The notes under the pieces were generated by a model. It searched no databases and was not told the origin of the DNA. It worked only from the letters and a program-made list of their open reading frames with translations. 64,000 nucleotides of DNA from Mobula hypostoma. Its lineage: Eukaryota. The stretch is taken from positions 19,158,001 through 19,222,000 of the forward strand of contig NC_086108.1 of NCBI RefSeq assembly GCF_963921235.1. Direction: 5' to 3'. How positions within the stretch are numbered: position 1 is the stretch's first letter; every line of letters starts with the position of its first letter. The position numbers and the translations under genes are program-made. Positions 1 to 13,429 of the stretch are shown here, piece after piece.

Positions 1-129
1 ATTCCCAGAAAATGTTGCATAGCATGTTTTTTCCACAAGGTAAAGTGGCTTCTCCTGTGTATATATCAAGAAGGTGAGTTGTGGGTTGTTATGATTTGTG
101 AAGGTGTAAGGGTTCATTTACTTTTATCA

Positions 130-2850
130 GACAGCTGTAACATGGGGTCTCCTGCACCAGTAACTATCAATACTAACACTCTTACAGAGCTGAACATCAA
201 TTCTAAATCTCTATGTCTCTGATTATTAATACAACCACCCTTATAAAGTTGGATATTGATCCTGAATCTAAATACCATGACTAGCACTCGATGCAGCTGG
301 GTATTGATACGAGAGCTTTATACCACTCACTCATCAACATTTCACAACACTAAATTGTACTTCATGTTCCACATCACAAAAATAAATTGTCCTTAGAAAA
401 AAATTCTAACTGTTCTACATACAACTAAATTGATAAGTGAACATTCTACCCCATCTATGCTGCTACTAACTTTCTACAGCAGAGAAAATTAGCCATCTAT
501 ATCAATAAATAGTAACTGTTCATGTACAATGCTGATGGAAACATTGCTATAGCACCAATTGGAACTACGATCATTCAACAGCATTCAAAGTTAATATTAA
601 TCCTCCACATCACTGAATGAAATTATTTATGGTTACATCACTGAAAGCTAATGTTAAACTCCACACTTCAAATGTTAATGCTAACGCTCCACTCCACTGG
701 ATGTTAGCATTAGCAATTAAAACCATTGAATGTTAATTTATCGAAGGTAAATGTCAATGCTCTATATTAGTAAATGTGAATACTAAATAGAAAATCACAG
801 AATTTTAATACATTATACATGTTAATTCTATCACTTCATAGAAATGAACATAAAAACACTCTACACCACTGAAGTCTAATGCAAATGTTCTACACCACTC
901 ACTATTATAACAAACACCTAATACCATATGTGATAAAAATAATGTCCCATGTCATTGAATATTAGTTCAAATATTCTGTGCCACTCTAAGACAACAGTAA
1001 CTCTTCACACTACAGATTTTGAATGTGATCACTGATGCTGTGAATATTGCTCCCAGTTTTCCATGTCCTGAAACATTAAAGTACATATTATTAATTCTTC
1101 ATTCCACTACTATTAATATGAACATCATCACATTAATAATAACACAACAGTAATAAATTAAACTAATACTAGGGTGCTGCAACTCTCAGTACACAATTCT
1201 GATGCCACCCACATCCAACTGAACAATAATATTACTGCTACTACTAACATTCTGCATCACTGAACATTATTAATATTGATCAAAGAACATTAGTAGTATC
1301 AGCACCATACACCATTGCATCTTAAGCTGCAAAGGTTTAAACACAGTGTTACAGATTGCCAATACTATCATGGTAGTTCGTAGATCTGTCTGTGAAAAGG
1401 TACTATTGTCTTTGAATAGCATGAAGTATTTGAAATCATAATCTATAACACAGAATGCATGACTACACTACTGAATGTTAACATCAACTCTCTATACCAG
1501 TGAATGTTAATATCAGCCCTCCGTACTTCTGAAAATCAATACCAATGCTCACTACTATTGAATGTTGCGCACCAACTTCAAAACTGCTTCTTGATAACAC
1601 TACCTTACAGTACCACTGGCCATTAGTGCTGAAGCTCCTTACACTGAGTATTTACTCTTTATTCCACTGAAATGTTCATTCAAAGGTTCTCAATAACAGA
1701 ATATTAATACAAAAATTCCAACACTGTTGTGCATTATGAACACTGTACCACTGAATGCTAACTATAATACTTTCTGTTATTGCATGTGGTCTGTATCACA
1801 AAATATTAATGCTAACTCCCATGCTGCCTGAATATTGTTTCTAAGCCTTTACATCACTATGTTAGTTATAGCACTAAATGTTAATTTTCACACACTATAC
1901 CATGGTTGATATTGGGATATAGACACTGGCCACTTTATTAAGTACACCAGTACACCTGCTCATTAATGCATCTATCTAATCAGCCAATCATATGGCAACA
2001 ACTCAATGCATAAAAGCAAGCAGACACAGTCAAGAGGTTAAGATGTTGCTCAGAATGGGAAAGAACTGTAACCTAAGTGACTTGGACCGTGGAATGATTG
2101 TTAGTGCCAAATGGGGTGGTTTGAGTATCTCAGAAATTCCTCATCTCCCTAGCATTTTCACAGACAACAGTCTCTAGAGTTTACAGAGAATGATGTAAAA
2201 AAAAAGTGAGCAGCAGATTTGTGGGTAAGAATGTCTTTTTAATGAGAGCGGTCGGAAGAGAGTGCCAGACTAGTTAAAGCTGACAGGAAGGGGACAGTGA
2301 CTCAAATAACCACACATTACAACAGTGAAGTGCAGAAGAGCATCTGAGTGCTCAGCGGATCGAATGGGCTACAGCAGCAGAAAACCACGAACATACACTT
2401 AGTGGTCATGTACGAGAGGTAAAGTGCCCACTGTGTATAGTACTAACACTCTGTTACACTGAACTGTAACATAAATGCTTTGGGCCATTGGATGTTAATA
2501 CTATCAATCTCCACAATGATTATTTATCCCCTGAATAGTGATCACAGCATTCCATACCACATAGAGTAAGCAGGAAAAATGTATGCTAATTGATGTTAAT
2601 GCAAGTATTCTATGGCTACTGAAAGTTGATTCTAATACTACATTCTACTGAATTTTAGTTCTAGCATTGCATACAACTTCATTTTAATATAAACACTAAA
2701 TACCATTTAATATTATTCCCTATTCTAATGTACATTAATGTATTGCAAAATGTTAATAGCAGCATCTATCCCCTGAAAATTAATACTAACACTCCACAGC
2801 ACCAAATGAAAGTACTCCGATTCTTCATAATAAATGTTATTGCTCTAATT
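130..2850. repeat. Highly diverged AT-rich ~30-bp tandem repeat (consensus approx. cactgaatgttaatactaacactccaca)
   Basis: CACTGAA / ATGTTAAT / CTAACACTC motifs recur at roughly 30-bp spacing (e.g. 610-740, 1465-1570, 1740-1890, 2455-2800). Interrupted by the Tc1 remnant. Confidence 0.55.
1920..2439 (+). mobile_element. Tc1-like DNA transposon remnant (internally deleted)
   Basis: Ends cactggccactttatt / aaagtgcccactgtgtata are imperfect inverted repeats. The ORF fragment MGKNCNLSDLDRGMIVSAKWGGLSISE resembles a Tc1 transposase N-terminal HTH. Confidence 0.75.
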
Positions 2851-2864
2851 CAGACATAAAATTT

Positions 2865-3190
2865 AGGGTGCTCCTTCCTTCTGCTAGCCTGCAGGTTACC
2901 ATTGAGCAAGGTGTATCACCTGCTTAGTGCCCCAATCAGGGTCACGTGAAGCCATGGAAGCAGGTGGTGGGCGGTCGTATGAACAGCTGGTGCATATCAT
3001 AAGTCCTGGTTATGTGACCACTGATACCAGGCAGATAATCTATGAAGGGTATTGATAATGGCTGGTGTCAACCATCTTCTAAAGACTCTGTCCAGAAGAA
3101 AGCAATAGCAAACCACTTCCGCAGAAAAAATTGCCAAGAATAATCATGATCACGTACATCATTCAACTCATCACATAATGAGGATGATGA
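2865..3190 (+). mobile_element. Probable SINE with RTE-type 3' motif
   Basis: GC-richer block in an AT-rich context, with gaagaaagcaatagcaaaccacttc and a (gat)n tail. Recognised by resemblance only. Confidence 0.4.
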
Positions 3191-3599
3191 TCTATTAATT
3201 AGCAAAAAAGCTTTTGCAAAAAGCCAGTACATCAGAATTGACCGAAAATTCCCATTAACATTAATTATGACCCAAAACTAAGACTGTATGGTGTAAACTC
3301 AACACTGCATCCTCTTTGCCCTCAGCATTCTGTAAAGACAACCTCTCACAAGACCAGAGTTAACTTGATCCACCATCTAGGTTCTCTGGTTCTACAGTCA
3401 GCCTAATCCTCAATCCTATTTTCAATAGACTGTGATTTGAGCTAAAATTTTAGCTAACAGTATTCTGGATGTTTACATTAAATCTTTACAAGACTTATTA
3501 AAGTGAGGTGCATCTAATATATTAATATCACAATGCAGACAAATTTGGGTTAAAGTATAATATCACTTCACCATGTCCTGTTGAAGTTTCTCAAGGTAA

Positions 3600-4130
3600 A
3601 AGTAGAATGAGGTAGAGACAGCATAAAGCTTCCTAAACACGGTTCCATTGCACACTGCCGCAGTAGGGACAGAGAGATTAGGTACAGAGTAAAACTCCCT
3701 CTCCGCTGTCCCATCACACATTCCCAGGGCAAGGACAGAGGAGTTAGATATGGAGTAAATTTCCCTCTCCACTCTCCCATCACACATTCTGAGGTCAGGG
3801 ACAGAGGGGTTAGATACAGAGTAAAACCCCCTCTCCACTGTCCTATCACACATTCCCAGGGCAAGGACACAGGGTTAGATACAGAGTAAAACTCCTTCTC
3901 CACTATCCCATCAGACATACCTAAGGCAAGGACAGAGGGGTTAGATATGGAGTAAAATTCCCTCTCTACTGTCCCATCACACATTCCCAGGGCAAGACAG
4001 AGGGGTTAGAAACAGAGTAAAACTCCCTATCCTCTGTCCCATCACACACTCCCAGGACAAGGACACAGGGTTAGATACAGAGTAAAACTCTCTCTCCACT
4101 GTCCCATCACACATTCCCAGGGCAGGGAAA
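3600..4130. repeat. ~66-bp minisatellite, ~8 copies (ggacagaggggttagatacagagtaaaactccctctccactgtcccatcacacattcccagggcaa)
   Basis: The ggaca motif starts at 3667, 3733, 3799 and 3865. Explains the repetitive ORFs at 3563-3984. Confidence 0.9.
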
Positions 4131-5549
4131 GCACATTATTTTAAATTTTATTTTATATTTGAGTATGGTTCTGTACCTTCCCACAATTTTGAACACCTTT
4201 ATCTTTCACTTTCTCTGCTCTAAGATAAATGCACATTTTAAAAAGTCTCCTTTTTGTAAATTAAGTCCATTATTCCTTGGCACCTGCAACCCCCTTGGAG
4301 TGAACAGGGCCCTAACCACTTGGAAACACTTTTCTTTGCACCAACAAAGAAATCACCAAGTCTCAAAGCAGGGTCTCACCTGAGCAAACAGAGCCAACTA
4401 AATTCAGCGCAGGCAAGCAGGACTTTCACAGAATACAGGTGACATTTAGTTTGTCATTAGAACCCTTCAGTGTTTCATTGCACACAAGCCCTGCTTCACA
4501 TCAAATGAATGGGGTGGTGGAGAATAAGTACGCAAGTCTTTCATGAGCTTGCTGGTGGAGTTTTCTCAAAGTTTTCTTTATCTGCTATTCTAATCACTCA
4601 AGAAAAATAGTTGGAAGGAAACTGGCCCCAGAATTAAAATAACTGGAATGTTGAGGGATGCTTAGTAACCCGAGTGCAGTGACTGAGCGTAAGCTGTGAT
4701 GCTGAAATAAAGTGATTTGTTCCGCTAGTTACTCATGAAAGACCAAACACCTCCAAACAGCTGGACAAGTAAATATGGTTCAAAGGAGAGCCAGGAAGTC
4801 AAAGATAGGGCAGCAGCTGAGAGGGAACTGCATCAGGCTGAGCTCACAAAAGGCTGAAAAAAAGCCTCAGACCTCACACACCAAGCTCCAGTTTATAGCC
4901 CAGCTCTAGGATTCCCAATGCCCCTGGTCAGAGCAATGTTTGAGCAGATAGCTGCTGAACCAGGCCAAGCTAGGAGAAATCAGGACCCCCAGTGCATAGT
5001 CAACTACTTGGAAAAATGCAGAGCCTTTGTATGCAGAGTTGCTAGGTTCCTTTTACTGAGGAGACAGCTGTATCATATAACATAGGAGACCATTTCCTTC
5101 CATCCAGTCCATGTCCAATCACAGAACAATCTCATTCCCCCACTAATTATCTCTGTAACCAATTCAACCACATTTTCATCAAATGCTGATGGAAAATGGA
5201 AGTCCCATCAACTCCCACCAGATTCTGCCCCTCACCATTAAATTCACAACAGTCAATTGACCAGCCAAATCACACACCTTTGGGATATGGAAGGAAACTG
5301 AAGGAGGCGGTGAAGCCTAGGACACATCAGCCATGATCATATTGAATGAACTATTTAAGAACAAGTTCCCTACCACCATCCGATTTCTGAATGGTCCATG
5401 AACCCATGAACACCTATTTGTTTTGTAAATTATAGATTTTTATGTCTTTGCACTGCACTGCTGCCACAAACCAACACATTTCATGTCACATGTCAGTGAT
5501 AATAAATCTAACTCTGGTTCTGATGGGGGTGATCTATGTCAGACTATTA

Positions 5550-7275
5550 ATTACTGACCTCTACTTCACCTTGAATACCACTTTTCCAAGCAAACCCATC
5601 TCCAAACTCTAAGACCTGTGACTCAACACCTCACTTTGCAGCTGGATCCTTGATAGAGCCATAATCAGTAAGGGTAGGCAGTAAAACCTCCACCATGATT
5701 ATTAACATAGAAACATAGAAAATAGGTGCAGGAGTAGGCCATACGGCCCTTCGAGCCTGCACTGCCATTTATTATGATCATGGCTGATCATCCAACTCAG
5801 AACCCCGCCCCAGCCTTCCCTCCATACCCCCTGACCCCTGTAGCCACAAGGGCCATATCTAACTCCCTCTTAAACATAGCCAATGAACTGGCCTCAACAG
5901 TTTGCTGTGGCAGAGAATTCCACAGATTCACCACTCTCTGTGTGAAGAAGTTTTTCCTAATCTCGGTCCTAAAAGGCTTCCCCTCTATCCTCAAACTGTG
6001 ACCCCTCGTTCTGGACTTCCCCAACATCGGGAACAATCTTCCTGCACCTAGCCTGTCCAATCCCTTTAGGATCTTATACGTTTCAATCAGATCCCCCCTC
6101 AATCTTCTAAATTCCAACGAGTACAAGCCCAGTTCATCCAGTCTTTCTTCATATGAAAGTCCTGCCATCCCAGGAATCAATCTGGTGAACCTTGTCTGTA
6201 CTCCCTCTATGGCAAAGATGTCTTTCCTCAGATTATTCTAAACACTGGTGCTCCACAAAGTTTTCCTTTACTTAACTCCCTATAAGCTCAAAACTGTAGG
6301 GTCAGATTCTGCTTTAACTCCAAATGACACCACCATAGTGGGCCAGATCTCAGATGGCAATGAGTACAGGAAGGAGATAGAGAGCTTGACGGCTTGGTGT
6401 CAAGACAATAACCTTTTCCTCAACATCAGAAAAACCAGGAAGCTGGTCACTGACTTAATGAAGCAAGGAAGATCTCACAGCCATTTGCATCAATGGTTCT
6501 GCAGTGGAAACTGAGAGGTTCCTCCGTTAATAATAGGGGTCCACAGCATAAATAAGTTTGGCAACCCCTGGTTTAGAGCTTCAAGTTCATATGTGTAAGC
6601 ATCATCAATAGCTTGCCCTGGTCCAATCATGTACACACCATAGATAAGAAAGTTCACCAGTGACTCTATATCCTCAAAAGCTTAAAGAAATTCAGCACAT
6701 GGTATCTTCGGCGAACCTCACCAGTAGAAGAAGATGCACAGAAGATTACAGATCCACGATAGAAATCAACCTACCCAAATGTATCATGGATTGGTATTGC
6801 AACTGCTCTGCCCAAGAGCACAAGAAACTGCAGAGAGATCTGGACACAGCTCAGTATATCATAAAAATCAGAGTCCCCTCCATTATCATTGTCTGCACTT
6901 ACACTGCCCCAGGAAAGAAGCCAACACAACCACAGACCCCTCCCAGCCCAGTCATTCCCTCTTCTCCCCTCCCCATCACATTTACTTCCCAAAGCCTGAA
7001 GGCGCATACCATCAGGCTCTATCCCACGTTATCAGACTCTTGAATGGACCACGAGTACAATAAAGCTGAAACCCTGATCTCACAATCTACCTTGTTGTGG
7101 CATTTGCACGTTAGCCCACTTCAGCTGTGACTGTAACACTGCATACAGTTATTGCTTATCCTTTGTACAAGTTCAATGCACTGATGTTGTGAAATGATCC
7201 GTATGAATGGCATGCAAAACAAAGTTTTTCACTGCACCTCAGAACATGTGACATTAATACACCAATTTACCAATT
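5550..7275 (+). mobile_element. Decayed Rex1/Babar-type LINE (3' RT region and tail), interrupted by a CR1 insert
   Basis: Fragments DTTIVGQISDGNEYRKEIESLTAWCQDNNLFLNIRKTRKLVTD and CIMDWYCNCSAQEHKKLQR; tail accaatttaccaatt. Confidence 0.8.
5704..6230 (-). mobile_element. 5'-truncated CR1 LINE 3' end with TSD gattatt
   Basis: ORF 5797-6180 (LSYEERL...LEFRRLRGDLIETYKIL...FFTQRVVNLWNSLP) is a typical CR1 ORF2 C-terminus with an (acatagaa)n tail. gattatt occurs at 5697-5703 and 6231-6237. Confidence 0.92.
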
Positions 7276-9199
7276 AATCCTGCTCCTATTTTCTTACGTT
7301 ATACAGTAACAGGGAAAATGTGCAAACTCCACACAAACAGCAGGATAAAACCCAGGTCACCAGAGTTGTGAGGCAGCAGCTCTAACAAATGCATCACCAC
7401 ACCAATGATATAAGTTTATGCACAGCCTTTGCCCCACCAATCATTTCACTGGCATCGATTCTTATTAACAAAAATCACAGGGGCAGATTTAACCATATTT
7501 AAATTGGCACTCCTATTTAATTTATCTTCTCCTGATTTGCCAAGTACTTTTCTTTTGGAAGGAGGCTCCCTTCTATTAATGGATTTTTAATTTCTGCTGA
7601 ATACATAAAAAAGTTGTTTGCTTTGCACACTGAAATAGATTTGCAGTTGACATTCCCCACCTTCACCATGGCCAAAATCCCTCGACTCAGAGTGTTGGGG
7701 TTGGCAGGCAGCTCGGTTGCATTTCACAGCTGCATGAAAGAGAAAACATGGATTTCCACAAAGATAACAATTTGAAGTTATTTTTCCTTAATTATTCATG
7801 GAAGCCAGCCAATTCGGAGACCCTCTGCCTGCAGTGAGAGACACCTTATAATTGGGTCCCTGTGAGTTTCCAACCTTGGCTGAAGGAGAGAGGGAAAGCC
7901 TGATCCAAGGCAGGTTGTCTATGTTAAATTAAATATTTTACCATATGAGTAGAATGAATAAATAAAGGTCATCCCCGTAAATCAGAAAACGCAGAAAAGT
8001 CACTTAATATGGTAACCATACATGTAATGACTGGTATCAAAAGCACATCAGGCAGATAAGAAAGAACAATTGAGAGGGAGAGGGAATGAGTGGGAGGGAA
8101 GTGGAGGGTGCGAGGGGAGTGGGGGTGCGGAGGGGGCGAGGGGAGTGGTGATGGCATGAGAATTAGTTCTGCCGCTTAAAGGAACAAACGTCTGCACATA
8201 CGTTGGACTTTTGAATGTACTGTTATGGCAGCTCATTTGTGTGTAGTGGTGTCCATAAGTTAGGTGGTTGTAATGCAGGCATTTAAAGCAGCTGACAGAC
8301 CAGGCAACTTCAGTGGAAATGGCAGAACACCAAATTCAGCATCTACAGTATATAATGTCCAATACGTGCCCAACACACAAAGAGTTGACCAAACTGGAAC
8401 ATTGCACTCAGCTCAAGTTGACCCATGATAGGAAGGATGTAGAGGCTTGGAGAGGGTGCAGTAGTTTACCAGGAGGCTGCCAAGAAGCTCAAGAAAGGAG
8501 CAGTTTTAAGCCAGTTGTGAGCACCACGTGGGTGTATCAAAAGCAAGGGAGATAGTGACACAGGGTATTGTAGTTCACCAGCAGAGTCTGAGGGGAACTG
8601 GAACAAAAAGGCTGGGTGCTAATGCTTCAGTGCACACACATGATGGAGGGAAATAATTTTTACTGCAAGTAACATATCTATACCAGCACAAAATGAGACT
8701 GTACAGGAGCGCAAGAAAGCTATTCTCCTAACTGAATTGGGTTCTGAAACATACACCACATTGGCGAATCTTTTAACACCGAGGGAAATAAAAGGTGTTT
8801 TGTTCAGTGAAGCTTGGCAGTACAAAAGTTAGAGGATTATTTCACCAGAAGACATGAAGCTTGGAATCAGAAGTCAGGTGGGACATTCAGCAAGGACTGT
8901 GTCTCAATGAACAATCTGTCTCTGTGTGGCAGCCTCAGCATCTTAGACTGCAGTTTGTTTGGCAAGTTCATTTGTGGATTAATCAATGAGTGAATTCAAT
9001 CACAGTTATTGAGCATGCAGGATCTCACATTTGATCTTAAATGCACAGTATTTGCGGAGACGGGCTCAAGAAACACTAAAGAGTCCCGATCAGTGAAAGG
9101 TACAAATACGATGGCAGATTATGCTAGAGTTCAAGAACAGAATCCAAATCACCTGGGTGATGTTGGCATAAATCTCTGTTATCACAGTAGCTTACCCAT

Positions 9200-9455
9200 T
9201 CCAGTGATTCAGGAACAGCTTCTTCCCCTCTGCCATCTGATTTCTGAATGGACACTGAACCCATGAACACTACCTCACTACTATTTTTTAATCTCTGTTT
9301 TTGCACTATTTATTTTAACTATTTAAATAACATATATATACTTACTGTAATTCATTATTTTCTCTATTTATCATGCATTGCATTGTACTGCTACCACAAA
9401 GTTAACAAATTTCAGGACATACACCAATGATATGAAACTGGATTCTGATTCTGTA
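9200..9455 (+). mobile_element. Rex1-type LINE 3' tail fragment
   Basis: ttcaggaacagcttcttcccctctgccatc (FRNSFFPSAI), an AT-rich UTR and a gattctgattctg tail. Confidence 0.65.
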
Positions 9456-9499
9456 CCTTGACTCTTCATTACCTGAGATCTGGCCCACTATGGAGGTTT

Positions 9500-10950
9500 C
9501 ATCTACCAACCTGTAGATGGAATCAGAGCAGAATCTGGTCACACAGTCATGAGTGTGCAAGGAGTTGAGTAGGGGGCAGAGGACTCAACCATGTGGGTCT
9601 CCAACGTTGAGAATAATCATGGCAAAGGTATAAATGCTTATCCTTACTACTTGCAGTCTGTTGGTCAGGAAAATCAAGGATCCATTTGTTGAGGGAGGTG
9701 TTGACTCCCAGGTCTCAGAGTTGGTGATGTATAGCTTGAAATTATAGATTCAGATTCATTTATTGATCACATGTACTGTAGATTGAAACTTACAGTGAAA
9801 TGAGTTGTTTGCATTAACAAGCAACTAAGGATGTGCTGGGGGCAGCCCGCCAATGTCGCCTAACAATCCAGCACCAGCATAATATTCTCCCAACACAGGC
9901 AACAAAAACAACATAACAAAAGCAAAACAAGCCTCCTTTCTTCCTCCCCCCCCCCCCCCCACTCAATCAGACACATAGACAGGCCTCCAACTCCTGCCTG
10001 GCTACCTGCAGGCCAACAACCTCCAGTACTTTGGCTGGACTCGCAGACTCACAGACATCAACTTCTGCTAGCACCAACCCAGGGGCCTCAAATACTGGGC
10101 CACAATTTCTGGGCTTGCCAATGTCGGTATTCAGTTTTTGGGCTTTGAACTTACAGGGTTTTGAACTCTGTACTCGCACGGGCCTCTGACCCCAGGACTT
10201 GCAAACCTAGGGGGGGTCATTCCTAGCAAAGACATGCAAATTCGTGGATATTGGGCCTCCAACCTCCAGGCTGGAGTTAATGCTTGCCACCACCCCTCTC
10301 AAAGGACTTCAAGATGATGAATGTCAAAGCCACTGGCAGTAGTCAAGTTTTTGTTAAATACTGGGAAGATACTTCCCAGGTTGAAAATGCCTGCAAATAC
10401 TCCTGCCAGCTAATCTGCATGGGATCTAAGAGCTCAGCTAGGAACACCATCCAGGCCAGATGCTTTCCACAGGTTCACTCTTTGGAAGACTAATTTTATA
10501 TCCAGAATGTTGACTACAGGTTCAGGTGCACAGAGGTTGTCAGGGTGGGTGGTGGCATTCCAATCCCCTCCTGTTCAAAATGTGCCTAGAACATGTTAAG
10601 CTTATCAAGAAGGGATATGATGTCATTGATGACACTGTCCGACTTAGCTCTGGAGCATGTTATACAACTCAGTTTTGGACTGCCGCAACTAAACTTCCCA
10701 GTATCTCTTCTTAGGTACTGGTTTACTTATACAAACGTTTGTAGATTGAAGCAGAGTGAGGTTGAAAATGCCTGCAAATACTCCTGCCAGCTGATCTGCA
10801 TGGGACCTAAGAGCTCAGCTAGGAACACCATCCAGACCAGATGCTTTCCACAGGATTGTCGTCTTTGGTTCACAGTTCTCAACACACTTACTGATAAAGT
10901 CCATGATGGCCATGGTGTGCTCATCTGGTCTGGCAGCTGAGTCTTTGAAT
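9500..10950 (-). mobile_element. Fragmented Rex1-type LINE with other inserts and an internal 96-bp direct duplication
   Basis: Minus-strand ORF pieces (DEHTMAIMDFISKCVENCEPKTTI; KASGLDGVPS). 10378-10473 is repeated at 10759-10854. Confidence 0.6.
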
Positions 10951-10957
10951 ATGGACA

Positions 10958-11074
10958 CAAGAGATTCTGCAGATGCTGGAAATCCAGAGCAATACACACA
11001 AAATGCTGGAGGAACGCAGCAGGTCAGGCAGCATCTATGGAGAAGAATAAGTCGTTGATGCTTTGGGCACTCAT
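10958..11074 (-). mobile_element. Short Penelope-like pLTR fragment flanked by a 17-bp direct repeat
   Basis: ctgcagatgctggaaatccagagcaatacacacaaaatgctggaggaac is the same family as 43380-43467. Flanks gtctttgaa(t/c)atggaca at 10941-10957 and 11075-11091. Confidence 0.7.
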
Positions 11075-11184
11075 GTCTTTGAACATGGACAAGTCCACCA
11101 ACTTAAAGCAGTCCTATCCTCAATATGTTAGTCTAAAGTAAGGTACCGATCAAAGTAATTCTAGTGGTGTGATTTCTCCACAGA

Positions 11185-11830
11185 ATAGAGTTATAGAACT
11201 CTACAGCACAGAAACAGGCCCTTCAGCCCATCTAGTCAAACTATTAATCTGCCTGATCCCACAGACCTGCACCAAGATCATAGCCCTCCACATCCCTCCA
11301 ATCCATGTACCTATCCAAATTTCCCTTAAATGTTGAAATCAAACCCACATCCACCACTTCCACTGGCAGCAGGTTCCACACTCTCACTCTGAGTGAAGTT
11401 CTGCATCATGTTCCCCTTAAACATGTCACCTTTCACCCCCTACTCATGACCTCTAATTCTAGTCTCATCCAACCTCAGTGGAAAAAGCCTCCTTGCATTT
11501 ACCATATCTATACTCCTCATAATTTTGTATACCTCTATCAAATCTCCCCTCACTCTCCTATGCTCCGGGGAATAAAGTCCTAACCTGTTCAAGCTTCCCT
11601 GTAACCCAGGTCCTCCAGTCCTGGCATCATCCTTGTAAATTTTCTCTGTACTCTTTCAATCTTATTCACAGCTTTCCTGTAGGTAGGTGACCAAAATTGC
11701 ACACAATACTCAAAATTAGGCATCACCAGCATCATAAACTTCAATGTAACATCCAAATCCTGTACTCAATACTTTGATCTATGAAGGCCAATGTGCCAAA
11801 AGCTTTCTTTACGACCCTAACTATCTGTGA
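11185..11830 (-). mobile_element. CR1 LINE 3' fragment
   Basis: atagag tail followed by cagcacagaaacaggcccttcagccca; homologous to 38460-39960. Confidence 0.8.
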
Positions 11831-11919
11831 CAGAATGGAAGTTTTCACAGCATAAAACCAGACAGATTAGTGGGTGAGTACAATGCTTACATTAGTAATG
11901 GGCACATTAAAAAAATAGC

Positions 11920-13300
11920 TCAAAGTTCAAAGTAAGTTTCAAACTTCAGCGTAAATTTATTATCAAAGTGCCTTCTTCCCGATGGCAGCAGTGAGATGAG
12001 ATTATGGCCAGGGTGGAGTGAGTCCTTGATAATAGATGCAGCTTTACTGCGACAGTGCTCCATGTAGATATGCTCAGTGTTGGAGAGAGCTTTACCCATG
12101 ATGTTTACCCACTAAGTTTTGTAGGATTTTTTGTTCAAGGCATTGGTGTATCACTACAGGCTGTGATACTCTCCATCACACATAGAAACATAGAAAATCT
12201 ACAGCACAATACAGGCCCTTCGCCCCACCATGCTGTGCCGAACATGTACTTACTTTAGAAATTACCTGGGGTTACCCATAGCCCCCTATTTTTCTAGGCT
12301 CCATGTGCCTATCCAAGAGTCTCTTAAAAGACTCTACTGTATTCGCAAATTTTTGTCAAAGTTTTAGATGTCATGCTGAATCTTCGCAAGCTTCTAAGGA
12401 AGAAGAGATGCTCTGAAATGATAGCACTGAGGAATTTAAAGTTGCTGACCCTCTCCACCTCTGATCCCCCAATGAAGACTGGTTTCCTTCTCTTGAAGCC
12501 ACTAATCAGCTCCTTGGTCTTGCTGACATTGAGTGAGCCATTGCTGTTGTGGCACCATTCAGCCAGATTTTCAATCTCTCTCCTGTATGCTGATCATCAC
12601 CACCTTTGATTTGGCCGAGTGGAGCCATCAGCAAACTTAAACTTGAATATGGTATTGAAGGTGTGCTTAGCCTGACAGTCATAAGTGCAAAGTGAGTAGA
12701 GCAGGGGGCTAAGCACGTGTGGTGCACCTGTGCTGGTGGAGATTGTGGAGGTGACGTTGCTGCCAATCTGAACTGATGGGGTCTGCAAGTAAGCATATCA
12801 AGGATTCAATTGTACAAGGAGGTATTGAGGCTGAGGCCTTGAATCTTATTGATTAGTTTTGAGGGGATGATAGTGTTGAATGCTGAGCTGTGGTCGATGA
12901 AGAGCATCTCTGCTGTCCAGATATTCCAGCACTGACTGAAGAGCCAATGAAATAGCATCTGCTGTGGATTTCTTGCGCCGGTAGGCGAACTGAAGTGGAA
13001 TCAAATCGCCTGTCAAGCAGGCCTTGATATGTTTAATCACCAACTTCTTAAAGTACTTCATCACAGTGGACGTAACTGCTACTGGATGACAGTCATTGAG
13101 GCAGGTTACGACTGTCTTCTTAGGCACCGGTATAAGTGAACCCTGCTTGAAACAAGTGGGTATCTCAGACTGCCAAAGAGAGAGGTTAATGATATCAGTG
13201 AACACACCAACCAGTTGATCAGCACAGGTCTTTAGTACTCAGCCAGGTAGCCTGTTTGGGCCACATGCTTTCTGTGGGTTCACCCTCCTGAAGAATACTT
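11920..13300 (-). mobile_element. Rex1/Babar-type LINE RT fragment (decayed), with a short CR1 tail inserted at ~12180-12345
   Basis: FTDIINLSLWQSEIPTCFKQGSLIPVPKK...LNDCHPVAVTSTVMK...PLQFAYR...[27 protein letters not shown]...KFADG. Confidence 0.88.
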
Positions 13301-13429
13301 CAGCATGGATGTGCCTTTAAGTGGTCAGTGTGTTAACAGGAACATCAACAAGGCAGCAGATCATTCATTAGGGGTAGAATATAGATCTAACTCAGTTAAA
13401 CCATGTATTACTGATAAAAAAAATACATC

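Noticed and set aside
3563..3984. Repetitive Cys-containing ORFs
   Set aside because: Products of the 66-bp minisatellite.
7965..8280. Possible Tigger-like DNA element and G-rich G-quadruplex-like tract (8075-8150)
   Set aside because: The termini are too degenerate to support an element call, and there is no evidence of function for the G-tract.
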